A DNA stretch of 64,000 nt from a bacterium. Its GTDB lineage: Bacteria; Gemmatimonadota; Gemmatimonadetes; Gemmatimonadales; Gemmatimonadaceae. The stretch covers positions 17,767-81,766 of the forward strand of contig JBDTOD010000002.1 of NCBI GenBank assembly GCA_039933415.1. The letters are read 5' to 3'. How positions within the stretch are numbered: position 1 is the first letter of the stretch; each line of letters starts with the position of its first letter. Positions 30,596-40,339 of the stretch are shown here, one piece after another. The position numbers and the translations under genes were made by a program. Under the pieces are notes generated by a model. It did not search any database, was not told the DNA's origin, and worked only from the letters and a program-made list of their open reading frames with translations.

Positions 30596-31713
30596 GCGTG
30601 CCACACGTCCCACTGCTTGCGCGCTCCGTTGGCCGTCGCTCGCACTGTCGCCATCTGAATCAGCACGCTCGACACCAGTGCGCTGCGCAGCACGCGGACG
30701 GGTCGCGAGCGGAGCTGCAATACGGCGGCGAACGCAGCGCACCCGAGGGCGAACCAGATCAGACCAAGCCGCTGCGCCAGCGTCGCCACCACCCACGCCA
30801 CGCAGATGAGCAGCCAGTACGGCGTGAGCAGCCGAAGGAGCTTGTGTGCCACGAACTGCATCCACACGGGGTTGCGCACCGGCACCAGCGTCTCGGGCAG
30901 CCACGCGCAGAGCTGCCACACGCCCGTCAGCGTACGCACCTTGCGGCGATACTCGTTGGTGTCGGTCGTCGCGCGCGTCTCGTACGCGCGAGCCCCGTCG
31001 ACGAAGTCCACACGATGCCCATCCAGCACGAGACGCATCGGCACGTAGAGATCGTCGAGGATCAAGCCCGACGGCAGCGGAGTCCACATCTCGCGCCGCA
31101 TCGCGTAGATCGCGCCGGTCACTCCCACCGCGGAGTGAACCTGCGCCTCGTGGCGACGCAGCCACCGCTCGAGGGACCAATACAGTCGCAGCGGAAGGGA
31201 AGGCGCGTTCGCGCCGCGCGACAGCTCCAGCCGACCCGATGCCGCACCCACGCCCGGCTTCATCACCGCGGCCACGAGGAGGGCGATTGCATCTGCGCCG
31301 AATCGCTGGCCGCTGTCGCCGAAAATCACCACGTCCCCGGTCGCGACGCGAATGCCCGCATTGAGCGCGGCGGCCTTTCCGCCCGGCTCGTCGCCGCGGA
31401 TCACGCGGACGCGCTCATCGCCGCCGCTCCACTCCATCGGCGGCTCCGTGCTCCGCGCGTCGTACGAAACCAGCACATCGAGCAGCTCGGCTGGATACTC
31501 GCTCCGCAGCAGATCCTCCACCCGCTCCCGTACGCTCACGGGGTCGGCGCGCGTCGCCACCAGTGCGGTGACGCGCGGCAGCGCAGGCGCGCGCTCCCCG
31601 GGCACGACACGCGCGTCGCGCCGAACCATCGCCAGCAGACCGATGACGGCCGGGTACAGCCCCCACACGCCGAGAATGCAGAGTGCGGATGCCAGTGCCG
31701 CATAGCTCAGCAT
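30592..31713 (-). CDS. membrane-anchored glycosyltransferase family 2
   Basis: N-terminal TM, VLVSYDARS, GKAAALNAG, VIFGDSGQR (DxD-like), C-terminal TM helices. Layout resembles synthase-like GT2 enzymes. Confidence 0.8.
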   Translation of the reverse strand: MLSYAALASALCILGVWGLYPAVIGLLAMVRRDARVVPGERAPALPRVTALVATRADPVSVRERVEDLLRSEYPAELLDVLVSYDARSTEPPMEWSGGDERVRVIRGDEPGGKAAALNAGIRVATGDVVIFGDSGQRFGADAIALLVAAVMKPGVGAASGRLELSRGANAPSLPLRLYWSLERWLRRHEAQVHSAVGVTGAIYAMRREMWTPLPSGLILDDLYVPMRLVLDGHRVDFVDGARAYETRATTDTNEYRRKVRTLTGVWQLCAWLPETLVPVRNPVWMQFVAHKLLRLLTPYWLLICVAWVVATLAQRLGLIWFALGCAAFAAVLQLRSRPVRVLRSALVSSVLIQMATVRATANGARKQWDVWHA

Positions 31714-31750
31714 GCCGAGCGACGTTGCGAGGGTCGCGTGCGCGCCGATG

Positions 31751-32752
31751 TCACGCGCTCTGCGTCGCGGCGCCGGCCAGTTCCGCGCTCTCCGTGTGTG
31801 CTGCGTTCGCGCTGAACCAATCCCACGTCTTCTTCAACCCCTCACGCAGACCGATCTCGACCTCGTAGCCGAGCAGCCGCTTCGTGCGCTCCAGGCTGGC
31901 GAGAGAATCTCGCACGTCGCCCGCACGGGGAGGCACGGACTCGCAGACCAGCTCGCGGCCAGTCACCTCTCGGATCAGCGTCGCGAGCTGCTGTAGCGAC
32001 GTGCGGTCTCCCGCGCCCACGTTCACCGGATAGCCGGACACGATCTCGGCCGGACGCGAGCCCGCAAGGATGTTGGCCTGCACCACGTTCGTGATGTACG
32101 TGAAGTCGCGCGTCTGCTCACCGTCGCCGAAGATCGTCGCGGGACGCCCCTCGAGTGCCGCGGCCATGAACAGCGGAATCACCGCGGCGTACGCCGAGGT
32201 GGGGCTCTGACGCGGGCCGAACACATTGAAGTAGCGCAGCGCGACGCCTTCGATCAGTCCACCGCGCGCGTACGCCAGCACGTACTGCTCGCTCGCCAGC
32301 TTGGACGCTGCGTACGGTGAGCGCGGCAGCGGCTCGACGCTCTCCACCTTCGGCAACTCCGGCGTATCGCCGTAGACGGAGCTCGAGCTCGAGTACACGA
32401 CGCGCCGCACTCCTGCCTTCACCGCCGCCTGAAGCAGGTGCACCGTCGCGTTCACGTTCGCGTCGTGCGAGCCCCACGGGTCCTTCAACGAGCGAGGCAC
32501 GCTCGGCAGCGCCGCGAGATGATAGATCACGTCGACCCCATCGACCGCCTTCCCAGCCGCCGCCGGGTCGCACAGGTCACCCAGCTGGAAATCGACGCGA
32601 GCGGCGACCTGCGCCAGGTTGTCGCGACTGCCTGTGGAGAGGTTGTCGACGACCCGGACCTCGTGACCGAGAGCGAGCAGGCGATCGACGACGTTCGATC
32701 CGATGAAGCCGGCGCCGCCGGTCACGAGGCAGCGCGAAGGATGAGTGGACAA
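31751..32752 (-). CDS. NAD-dependent epimerase/dehydratase (WbpP/TviC-like SDR)
   Basis: LVTGGAGFIGS, SPYAASK (YxxxK), FGDGEQTRDF. A TTG at 32752 preceded by GGAGA-N4 puts the Rossmann motif 8 aa from the start. The ATG at 32836 would add 28 non-conserved residues. Confidence 0.85.
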   Translation of the reverse strand: MSTHPSRCLVTGGAGFIGSNVVDRLLALGHEVRVVDNLSTGSRDNLAQVAARVDFQLGDLCDPAAAGKAVDGVDVIYHLAALPSVPRSLKDPWGSHDANVNATVHLLQAAVKAGVRRVVYSSSSSVYGDTPELPKVESVEPLPRSPYAASKLASEQYVLAYARGGLIEGVALRYFNVFGPRQSPTSAYAAVIPLFMAAALEGRPATIFGDGEQTRDFTYITNVVQANILAGSRPAEIVSGYPVNVGAGDRTSLQQLATLIREVTGRELVCESVPPRAGDVRDSLASLERTKRLLGYEVEIGLREGLKKTWDWFSANAAHTESAELAGAATQSA

Positions 32753-32935
32753 GGCGTCTCCGGTGGCTACGAACTGGAAATGCAGCGCGACCGCGGGCAC
32801 GACGATCGTACCCGCGCTTGTGTTCCGCGCCGACATGGGTTGAAGCGCCAGGAGGTCCGAGACTCGGGACCATCCGTCGGCTGCACCCTCTGACTAGCAA
32901 CGCACATACCTCGGAACAGGCAAGTGACGGTGTAT

Positions 32936-32963
32936 TTTTTAGCGACCGCTACCATGATGTAAA
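32936..32963 (-). promoter_or_regulatory. candidate sigma70-type promoter (TTTACA-N16-TAAAAA) for the 32.7-20.8 kb EPS operon
   Basis: Read on the minus strand within the only AT-rich patch of the 330-bp gap upstream of the epimerase gene. No experimental support. Confidence 0.25.
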
Positions 32964-33167
32964 CATCTGTCACAAAACGGCTTACAGGTGCTCGGCGACT
33001 TCTCCCACCCTCTGCGGCGCATCGGTCTGGTCGACCCGGTGTAGCGCTCCAGCCACACCATCTGTAGTGGACACCGGGGAGCGTCGAATCGCAATCCGTT
33101 GCAACCCGGTTGTTACGACGCCGAACCCCTCGGCGGGCGTCCGGGCTCATGCATGTACGGCTCGACT

Positions 33168-34376
33168 TCATGATCGGCTCAGGTGGGCGATCATCCGTAC
33201 GAACCCGACGCCCTGCTGAACGAATCGTTGCACCGTCGACCCCTTCGACGCGCGCATGCTGCCCCCCTCCCGCACCCACTCCTCGGTATCCAGCCATGGG
33301 CGCGACCTGCCGTGGCCCTGGCGCGTCGGGAGGATCGCCAGCGACCAGAGCGCGCGCGAAAGCGAGACCGAGCTGGGGGGTGCGCCCGGGATTGGCAGCG
33401 ACTGAATCGCGAAGAAGCATGCAAGCTGTCGGAGCACACGGTCCGGCAGGCGGGGCGACAACTCAGCCAGCACCGCGTCCGGCACCTGCGCCGCGGCGAG
33501 CTCGCGCGAGAGCCGAAGCGTCCAGTAGCAGCACGTCGCGCCTCGCGCCTCGCGAGCACTCCGTACGAACACATCCCAGTCCACTCCGGTCGCGGCCAGC
33601 CGCTCGACATCGCGCAGCGTTCGCCACGTGCCGAACGTCATCTCGTGCGACCAGCCGAAGTGCAGCGCGGCATGCAGAAGCTGATCCTCCGCGCTCGGCA
33701 CCAGTGCGGAGCGCGAGCCGACCTGCACGCGCCGCGCCCGATCCCAGATCTGAGCCGCGGGCAGGTGGAATGGCGCCTGATGCGTGAACAGCGCGGTGTG
33801 CAGCTCCAGTCCAACCTGCAGACCATCTGCGTCCTCGAGCGGCGGGAGATGCTGGTGGTCCTCGTAGCTGCGCTCCTGCGACACGTCTCGTCGGCGCACC
33901 CAGCCCGACGTGAGCGCCAGATCGAACGCCTGCTGCGCGCACTCCTCGCGCACGAGGAGGTCGATGTCGCCCATCGGACGGTCGGTGGGCCGCGCATACG
34001 CCGAGTACGCGAGACCAGCTCCCTTGAGGAGCAGTGAGTCGATCCCGTTGTCCGCGAACAGACCGAGGATGACCTCCAGACGCTGGTGGAGCGACACGAG
34101 CTGGAACTCGGAGATCATCGCGAATCGCTGCATGCGCATCGTCGCTTCCAGCGGCACCGACGCCGAGCGCAGCGACACGAGGCGCTGCGAGAGCGGTGCC
34201 ATCGCTCGCTCACGCGCGGCGAGGCTGAGGACGCAGCTCCAGTCCAGTGGGCCGTTGAGCAGCCTGCGCAGCACCTCGTCCGCATCCGGACCGCCGGCGC
34301 TCGACGCCAGCAGCGCCGCCTCCGTCGGGATGCGGGAGATGAGCACCTGATCGATGCCTGCCGATACGCCGGTCAT
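33168..34376 (-). CDS. uncharacterised nucleotidyltransferase family protein (NTP_transf_5-like)
   Basis: LLLKGAGLAYSAYARPTDRPMGDIDLLV (G-x-D-x-D nucleotidyltransferase core) and a HLPPLE...LELH segment typical of this family. ATGA overlap with the upstream gene. Confidence 0.65.
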   Translation of the reverse strand: MTGVSAGIDQVLISRIPTEAALLASSAGGPDADEVLRRLLNGPLDWSCVLSLAARERAMAPLSQRLVSLRSASVPLEATMRMQRFAMISEFQLVSLHQRLEVILGLFADNGIDSLLLKGAGLAYSAYARPTDRPMGDIDLLVREECAQQAFDLALTSGWVRRRDVSQERSYEDHQHLPPLEDADGLQVGLELHTALFTHQAPFHLPAAQIWDRARRVQVGSRSALVPSAEDQLLHAALHFGWSHEMTFGTWRTLRDVERLAATGVDWDVFVRSAREARGATCCYWTLRLSRELAAAQVPDAVLAELSPRLPDRVLRQLACFFAIQSLPIPGAPPSSVSLSRALWSLAILPTRQGHGRSRPWLDTEEWVREGGSMRASKGSTVQRFVQQGVGFVRMIAHLSRS

Positions 34377-35500
34377 GGCGCGGCGAGCCTCGTCGCCGCG
34401 ACGCGGCTGACGTTCGCTCGCGATGCGACGGCGATCAGCGGCTCGCGCAACGTCGCCGCCACGCGCGCCGCGCCGCGATCGGTGAAGTGCACGAAGTCGC
34501 TGTAGACGGCGTCCGGCGCGCGAGCGAGCGATGCAGCGACGTCCACCGCGACCACGCCCGAGTCACGCGCGACCTGCAGCGTCACCTCGCGAGCGGCGGA
34601 GTCGAAGCTGATCAGCGTCTGCGCCGTGGAGCGCGGATAGAAGCGCACCCACGCCTGCGCCAGATCGCCGGTGGCCGACGCGGCGCCGCCCATGAACGCG
34701 TTGCCGTGGGTGGCGAGCACTGGCTCCGCGCCGATCGCCCGGATCGATCCGACCATCGATCGGATGTCGTGGTCGAACATCTTGAGCCGCACCTCGGGCA
34801 CCGAGGTGAATCGCCATTCGGGCGGATACTGGTTGACCTCGTCATCGATGTCGCGCTGCCGCAGCCAGCGGAGCATGGGACCGGGCAGCAGTCCCTTGAT
34901 CGAGTTGGTCAAGCGCCCAAGCACGCGCGGACGAAACGCGCGCGACAGCGGAAGCGCTCCCGCGGGATGCACGTCGGTCGGCGCATGCGGTGGGTCGCGA
35001 TCGACGTAGAACGACGGCGACGGATACACGAGCACCACGTCTGGCTGCAGCGTGCGGACACGATGCAGCAGGTCGCGCTCGATCGACGGCAGCGCCATCC
35101 CCGGCAGGGCGGCGTTCAGCACCTCGAACGTGGGAAGGTGCGGCGCCCGGCCGCGCGCCGCGTTGAGCGAGTCCTCGAGCTGGCGCGGATACTCCAGGCC
35201 GGCCGACTCCGTGAGGCCGAACGTCTCCGAGCCGCCCACCGCCACGATGCGCAGGGTGCCAGGCGTGCGTTCGCGCTTCGCCGGTGGTCCGCGCAGGCCG
35301 AGGTCGTTCAACGCCCATTTCTGATATCGCGCGTTCGGGCGTCCCTGAATCGACGCACCGTCCTGCTCGCGCAGGTCCTCGCTCGAGATGACACGCGACA
35401 TCATCGGCGTGCCGAATCGAATGCCGTCGTCGATCCGAGACGTCACCTCGAGCGCGACGAGAAACAGGATGAGGTGGGCGGCGCCCGTCATGAGCTTCAT
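34373..35500 (-). CDS. membrane-anchored SGNH/GDSL-like hydrolase (probable acyl-transfer partner of the MBOAT)
   Basis: N-terminal TM AAHLILFLVALEV. LRIVAVGGSETFG (GDS-like block I). Sits directly downstream of an MBOAT gene. Confidence 0.6.
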   Translation of the reverse strand: MKLMTGAAHLILFLVALEVTSRIDDGIRFGTPMMSRVISSEDLREQDGASIQGRPNARYQKWALNDLGLRGPPAKRERTPGTLRIVAVGGSETFGLTESAGLEYPRQLEDSLNAARGRAPHLPTFEVLNAALPGMALPSIERDLLHRVRTLQPDVVLVYPSPSFYVDRDPPHAPTDVHPAGALPLSRAFRPRVLGRLTNSIKGLLPGPMLRWLRQRDIDDEVNQYPPEWRFTSVPEVRLKMFDHDIRSMVGSIRAIGAEPVLATHGNAFMGGAASATGDLAQAWVRFYPRSTAQTLISFDSAAREVTLQVARDSGVVAVDVAASLARAPDAVYSDFVHFTDRGAARVAATLREPLIAVASRANVSRVAATRLAAP

Positions 35501-35543
35501 CAGTCCGGGGTGCGAGCGACGACGTGCCGGCGCAGGGTACGCA

Positions 35544-36935
35544 TCAGAACTGAAAGTACAGGAAGGGCGACGGACGCGATCCGAGAATCAGCGCGAGCGA
35601 CGCCGCGAACGATGCCGTGAGAACGAGCCGGCCCTTCCACTCGCGCTCCAGCCGGAGCTCGAATGGGTTCGGCCCGAGCAAGGCCCAGATCGCGGCGATC
35701 AGGATCAACGGAACCGCCAGCGTCGCGTTCGGCACCAGCGCGCCCGGCGCCGGCACGAACATCCGCGTCAGGATATTCCACGCCATCCCCATCGTCGTCG
35801 CGCGGAAGAACACCCACCCGATCACCGCGAACAGGAACATCAGTCCCTGACGTGCGACCGCGGGAATCCGGTCCCAGTAGGCCGCGAACCGACGATACGT
35901 GAGGAGAAGGCCACCGTGATAGGCGCCCCAGATCACGAAGTTCCAGGAGGCGCCATGCCACAGTCCTCCGAGCACCATCGTGATGAACATGTTGCGATAG
36001 GTGCGGCCTTCTCCCGCGCGGCTTCCACCCAGCGGGATGTACAGGTAGTCCCGCATCACCGTCGACAGCGAGATGTGCCAGCGGCGCCAGAAGTCGCTCG
36101 GGTCGAGCGCCTTGTACGGCGAGTTGAAGTTCTGCGGAATCCGGATGCCGAACAGATAGCCGAGTCCCACCGCCATGGTGCTGTAGCCGGAGAAGTCGAA
36201 GTAGAGCTGGAACGAGTAGCCGAGCATCGCGAGCCACGTCCCGAGCGTCGACAGTGTCGAGTGCGCCGCGAGCGCCGGATCGACGAACGCCGCGAGACTG
36301 TCCGCCACGATCACCTTCTCCACCAGCCCGACGACGAAGAACGAGATCCCGACGCGCAGCCACTTCGTGCGCGTCGTCGTGCCGATCGCCTCCAGGTCCT
36401 CTTCGATCTGCCGGAAGCGAACGATCGGTCCCGCCACGAGCTGCGAGAACAGCGACACGTAGGCGGAGAACTCGAAGAAGTTGCGCGTCGGCTTGATCAC
36501 CCGCCGATATCCGTCCACGATGTACGAGATCGTGTGGAACGTGTAGAACGAGATCCCGATCGGCAGGATCACGTCCAGATGCCGGATTGGTGGCGTGCCA
36601 CCGAATGCGCGCGTGACGTCGGCGACCGTGTCCAGGAAGAAGTTCGTGTACTTGAAGAATCCGAGCAGCGTGAGATCGACGACGATCGGCACGACCATGC
36701 AGAGCTTTCGCTTGCGCGGATCGTCGTCCCACTTGAGCAGGCCAAGCCCGGCGAAATAGCTCACCGCCGTGGAGAAGAGCATCAATCCACAGAACCGCAC
36801 GTCCCAGTACGCGTAGAACACGTACCCGGTGAACGCCAGCCAGATGTACCGCGACCGCGGCGACTTCAGCATCCAGAAGACGCCGTAGCACACGGGCAGG
36901 AACGCGAACAGGAAGATGACGCTGTTGAAGAGCAT
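35544..36935 (-). CDS. MBOAT family O-acyltransferase (AlgI/DltB-like)
   Basis: MLFNSVIFLFAFLPV start, multi-TM, FWRRWHISLS and the conserved His region GGLWHGASWNFVIWG. Confidence 0.9.
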   Translation of the reverse strand: MLFNSVIFLFAFLPVCYGVFWMLKSPRSRYIWLAFTGYVFYAYWDVRFCGLMLFSTAVSYFAGLGLLKWDDDPRKRKLCMVVPIVVDLTLLGFFKYTNFFLDTVADVTRAFGGTPPIRHLDVILPIGISFYTFHTISYIVDGYRRVIKPTRNFFEFSAYVSLFSQLVAGPIVRFRQIEEDLEAIGTTTRTKWLRVGISFFVVGLVEKVIVADSLAAFVDPALAAHSTLSTLGTWLAMLGYSFQLYFDFSGYSTMAVGLGYLFGIRIPQNFNSPYKALDPSDFWRRWHISLSTVMRDYLYIPLGGSRAGEGRTYRNMFITMVLGGLWHGASWNFVIWGAYHGGLLLTYRRFAAYWDRIPAVARQGLMFLFAVIGWVFFRATTMGMAWNILTRMFVPAPGALVPNATLAVPLILIAAIWALLGPNPFELRLEREWKGRLVLTASFAASLALILGSRPSPFLYFQF

Positions 36936-36943
36936 CGAGCGTC

Positions 36944-38869
36944 CTACGCCGTCACGGCGTTGACGATGCCTGCGGCGGCCGCGCTTCTGACCGCATCCGC
37001 CAGCGGGGAGGCGTGCGCCAGCCGCCCGTCCGCCAGTGCGGTGAGCCACACTTCGAGGACGAGCAGCCGCCAGAGCAGATGGCTGTGATCACGCCGGCCA
37101 TCGTGATGCTCGGCGATCAGCCGAGCCACCGCCGGCGCGTCGACGTACGGGCCGATGCGCGCGTCCGGAAGCTGAAGCGCGTCGAGCCGGTAGCGCAACT
37201 CGTCGCGAAACCAGCGCGCCAGCGGCACGCCGAATCCGTGCTTGGGGTGCGAGAGCACGCGCGCCGGCACGAGACCGGTGATCGCCTGGCGCAGCAGCCA
37301 CTTCCCGACGCCATCGCGATACTTCAACCGGCTTGGCATCGCTGCGGCGAACTCCACGATGTGGTGGTCGAGCAGGGGCACGCGCGCCTCCAGCGAGACC
37401 GACATGCTCATGCGATCGACTTTCGTGAGGATGTCGCCAGGCAGGTACGTGGCCAGATCGACTGCCGTCATCTGCGCGAGGAGATCGCGCCCCACCACCG
37501 GCGAAAATGCCGCCGCGAGCAGCGTATCCATCGACGGCACGCGTTCGGCCAGCGACGCTCGCAACATCCCACCCTCGCGCGTGCCCGGGGGCGCGGCCAC
37601 CGTGGCCGTGTATCGGCCTTGTCGCGACCGCGACAGATCGATGATCCGATTGCGCCCCAACGTGCGTTGCGGCAGGTGCTCGGCCACTCGCGCGATCGCG
37701 CGCCGCGCGAGGCGCGGCAGCTCGCGCCGCGACAGGAGTTCGGCGTAGCGTGTGTATCCGCCGAACAGCTCGTCGCCCCCGTCGCCCGACAATGCGACGG
37801 TGACGTGCTCGCGCGCCATCTGCGAGACCAGGAACGTCGGCAGCGCGGACGAATCGCCGAACGGCTCGTCGAAGCCGGTGATCACCGATTCCACCAGGGC
37901 GTCGGCATCCGGTCGTACAATGAGCTCGGTGTGCTCCGTTCCGATCTCGGACGCCACCAGCGCGGCGTGCGGCGCCTCGTTGTGCGACGCCTCCTCGAAC
38001 CCAATCGAGAAGGTCTTCACACGGCCCGGCACGAGCCGCGCCATCTGCGCCACGACGGCGGACGAATCGATACCGCCCGAGAGGAAGGCGCCAAGTGGCA
38101 CGTCCGACTCGAGATGCAGCTCGACGGACTCACGCAGCAACGCGCGGAGCTGTTCCGTCGCATCTAAATCCGAGATGTCGGTGCGCTCCGGACGCAGCGC
38201 AGCCCAGTAGCGTTCCGTCCGCACGCCGCGGCCCGGCTCCCAGGTCAGCCGATGACCGGGCGGCAGCTTGCGAACGCCCTCGAAGATGCACGTCGACTCC
38301 GGCACGTAACCGAATACGAGGTATTGCGCGACTGCCGCTGGATCCACGCGACGAGGAAAGCCCGACATCGAGAGCAGGGACCGCAGCTCCGACGCGAAGG
38401 CGACCCCGCCGTCGCTCTCCCAGTAGTACAGCGGCTTGATCCCGACGCGATCCCGCGCAATCAGCAGCCGTGAGCGGCGCGCATCCCACAGTGCGAACGC
38501 GAACATGCCGCGCAGCGAGTCCACCAGGTCGTCGCCACGATCTTCGTAGAGGTGGACGATCACCTCCGTGTCGCTCGAGGTGGCGATGCGATGGCCACGT
38601 GCCAGCAGCTCCGCGCGAAGCTGCCGGTGATTGTAGATCTCGCCGTTGAACACGAGCTGCACCGAGCCGTCTTCGTTGCCCATCGGCTGCTTGCCCATCG
38701 CGACGTCCATCACGCTGAGCCGGCGCATCCCGAGCGCGACGTCCGACGCGAAGAAGCGGCCCTCCTCGTTGGGTCCTCGGTGCACGATCGCCGCGCACAT
38801 CGAGCGGAGCGTCGCCTCTCGGTCCGATACGATGTCGCGCATGCCGGTGAATCCCACGATGCCGCACAT
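36944..38869 (-). CDS. asparagine synthase (glutamine-hydrolysing) family amidotransferase, copy 2
   Basis: MCGIVGF (Cys2), HRGPNEEG, FLSGGIDSSAV PP-loop. 641 aa. Confidence 0.9.
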   Translation of the reverse strand: MCGIVGFTGMRDIVSDREATLRSMCAAIVHRGPNEEGRFFASDVALGMRRLSVMDVAMGKQPMGNEDGSVQLVFNGEIYNHRQLRAELLARGHRIATSSDTEVIVHLYEDRGDDLVDSLRGMFAFALWDARRSRLLIARDRVGIKPLYYWESDGGVAFASELRSLLSMSGFPRRVDPAAVAQYLVFGYVPESTCIFEGVRKLPPGHRLTWEPGRGVRTERYWAALRPERTDISDLDATEQLRALLRESVELHLESDVPLGAFLSGGIDSSAVVAQMARLVPGRVKTFSIGFEEASHNEAPHAALVASEIGTEHTELIVRPDADALVESVITGFDEPFGDSSALPTFLVSQMAREHVTVALSGDGGDELFGGYTRYAELLSRRELPRLARRAIARVAEHLPQRTLGRNRIIDLSRSRQGRYTATVAAPPGTREGGMLRASLAERVPSMDTLLAAAFSPVVGRDLLAQMTAVDLATYLPGDILTKVDRMSMSVSLEARVPLLDHHIVEFAAAMPSRLKYRDGVGKWLLRQAITGLVPARVLSHPKHGFGVPLARWFRDELRYRLDALQLPDARIGPYVDAPAVARLIAEHHDGRRDHSHLLWRLLVLEVWLTALADGRLAHASPLADAVRSAAAAGIVNAVTA

Positions 38870-38875
38870 CGCGCG

Positions 38876-40339
38876 CTATACCCCGACCGCGTGTGCGGTA
38901 AGATGGGACGGCCGCTGCTGCGCGAGCCGTCGTCGCTCGACGTCCGACGCGTTCAACTCCCGCTCCGCCACGTCGGACAGCGACCACGCGATGATGACGA
39001 TCAGCAGCAGGAACGACACGTGTGCCACCGACCCGAACACGGCGGCGGCGAAGAAACCCACCACGCCGCAGATGAGGACGAACAGCGCCTGCGACGTGTG
39101 CGGCATCGTCTTCTTCGCTCGTCGTCGCACCCCGTTGATCTTGAGCAGCGTCGAGATGTACGAGAAGAAATAGATGAACGCGCCGATGAACCCGGTCTCG
39201 GCCGTCACGTTGAGGTAGGTGCTGTGCGTGTCGCGCCGGCCCTGCGCCGTCGGATTGAACTGCGAGCGTCGCGCGTAGCGCGCATGCATCATCGGGTACG
39301 CGCCCAAACCGACGCCGGTCACGGGGTAGTCACTGATGATCAGACGGGCAACCTTCCAGATTTCGAACCGCTGCACCGCGGAGCCCTCGGCGTCCGCTTC
39401 CGACAGGTCATCCGTGCTCTGCACGTTCTCCATTCCCTGTACGCGATCCAGCACGCCCTTCGGCGCGATCGCGATCACCAACGCTGCGAGAATGACAGTG
39501 GAGACGAGCGCTTGCGCACGCTTGCGATGTCCGGCGATGACGAACAATACGAACGCCGCGAAGCCGAGGAACGCGCCGCGCGACTTGGTCAGCATGATGA
39601 CGAGCGGCACCACGGCGAGACCGAGCGTCGCGCCCAGCTTCACCGGCCCGCGCCGCTCCATCGAGAAGAGCGCCAGCGCCAGTCCAAGCTGGAGGATGCA
39701 ATACTCGGCGAGATCGTTCGGGTTCGCGAAGATGTAGTTCCAGGCCGCGCGCCCGTAGACCGTCTCGTGGTAGATGTAGTAGTTGAAGAGCGCGCCGCGG
39801 ATCGGCCAGAAGGCGAAACAGGCCAGCCAGAATGTGAGGAAGAACCGAATCTGTGCGCGGCTACGCAGCGCGTTCGCCGCGACGAGACCGATGAGCCAGA
39901 GCTTCCCGACCGTTTGCAGTCGGCCCCAGACCAGCACCGGATCGCGCGTCACGGTGTAGCCGATCACGCACCAGAGCAGGAACACGCCGAGGCCGATGAG
40001 CACATTGGGGACTCGGAAGCGATCCTTCTGCATCAGCAATCCGAACAGCGCGAGTCCCATCGAGATGTCGCCGATCGGGAAACGGTAGGTCGTGATCGCG
40101 AACACGTACCCGAGCAGCCCGACGAACACGAGTGTCCACTGCACCCCTTTCCACGGCATCCGCTGCAGCGCGACGTCTTCGCCCACGGCGGTCGCGGGCG
40201 TCTCGCGCTCCGACGCTCGCGGACCCACGGGGGGCCGCGGCTCGCGGGGTGGCGCACCAGCTCCCTCCGGACGCGGGAGATGCGCCGGCCACCGTGCCGG
40301 CGCGAGTCCGGCGGGTACCGGCAGTTTCGAGCTGGTCAT
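38876..40339 (-). CDS. O-antigen ligase/polymerase (Wzy_C) family membrane protein
   Basis: About 10 predicted TM segments. LTKSRGAFLGFAAFVLFV motif and a large loop typical of Wzy_C. ATGA overlap with the upstream gene. Confidence 0.75.
   Translation of the reverse strand: MTSSKLPVPAGLAPARWPAHLPRPEGAGAPPREPRPPVGPRASERETPATAVGEDVALQRMPWKGVQWTLVFVGLLGYVFAITTYRFPIGDISMGLALFGLLMQKDRFRVPNVLIGLGVFLLWCVIGYTVTRDPVLVWGRLQTVGKLWLIGLVAANALRSRAQIRFFLTFWLACFAFWPIRGALFNYYIYHETVYGRAAWNYIFANPNDLAEYCILQLGLALALFSMERRGPVKLGATLGLAVVPLVIMLTKSRGAFLGFAAFVLFVIAGHRKRAQALVSTVILAALVIAIAPKGVLDRVQGMENVQSTDDLSEADAEGSAVQRFEIWKVARLIISDYPVTGVGLGAYPMMHARYARRSQFNPTAQGRRDTHSTYLNVTAETGFIGAFIYFFSYISTLLKINGVRRRAKKTMPHTSQALFVLICGVVGFFAAAVFGSVAHVSFLLLIVIIAWSLSDVAERELNASDVERRRLAQQRPSHLTAHAVGV

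Noticed and set aside
32753-32836. ATG at 32836 as the start of the epimerase gene.
   Set aside because: It adds 28 residues before the GxxGxxG loop and lacks an SD sequence. TTG 32752 has GGAGA 4 nt upstream. It is kept as an alternative only.
33168-38869. Possible lasso-peptide or RiPP cluster, because an asparagine-synthase homolog and an NTP_transf_5 gene occur together.
   Set aside because: The AsnB homolog keeps the glutaminase Cys2 and is full length. No transglutaminase-like protease, PqqD-like RRE or short precursor ORF is present. The flanking genes are unambiguously polysaccharide-related.
38876-40339. Possible exosortase (EpsH). Separately, PEP-CTERM sorting signals on the beta-helix proteins (15014-20711).
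   Set aside because: The membrane protein carries the Wzy_C-type SRGA motif and loop rather than exosortase Cys/Arg/His motifs as far as I can see. The beta-helix proteins end in ...GAVVDP and ...NAVVAP, without a PEP motif, TM or basic tail.
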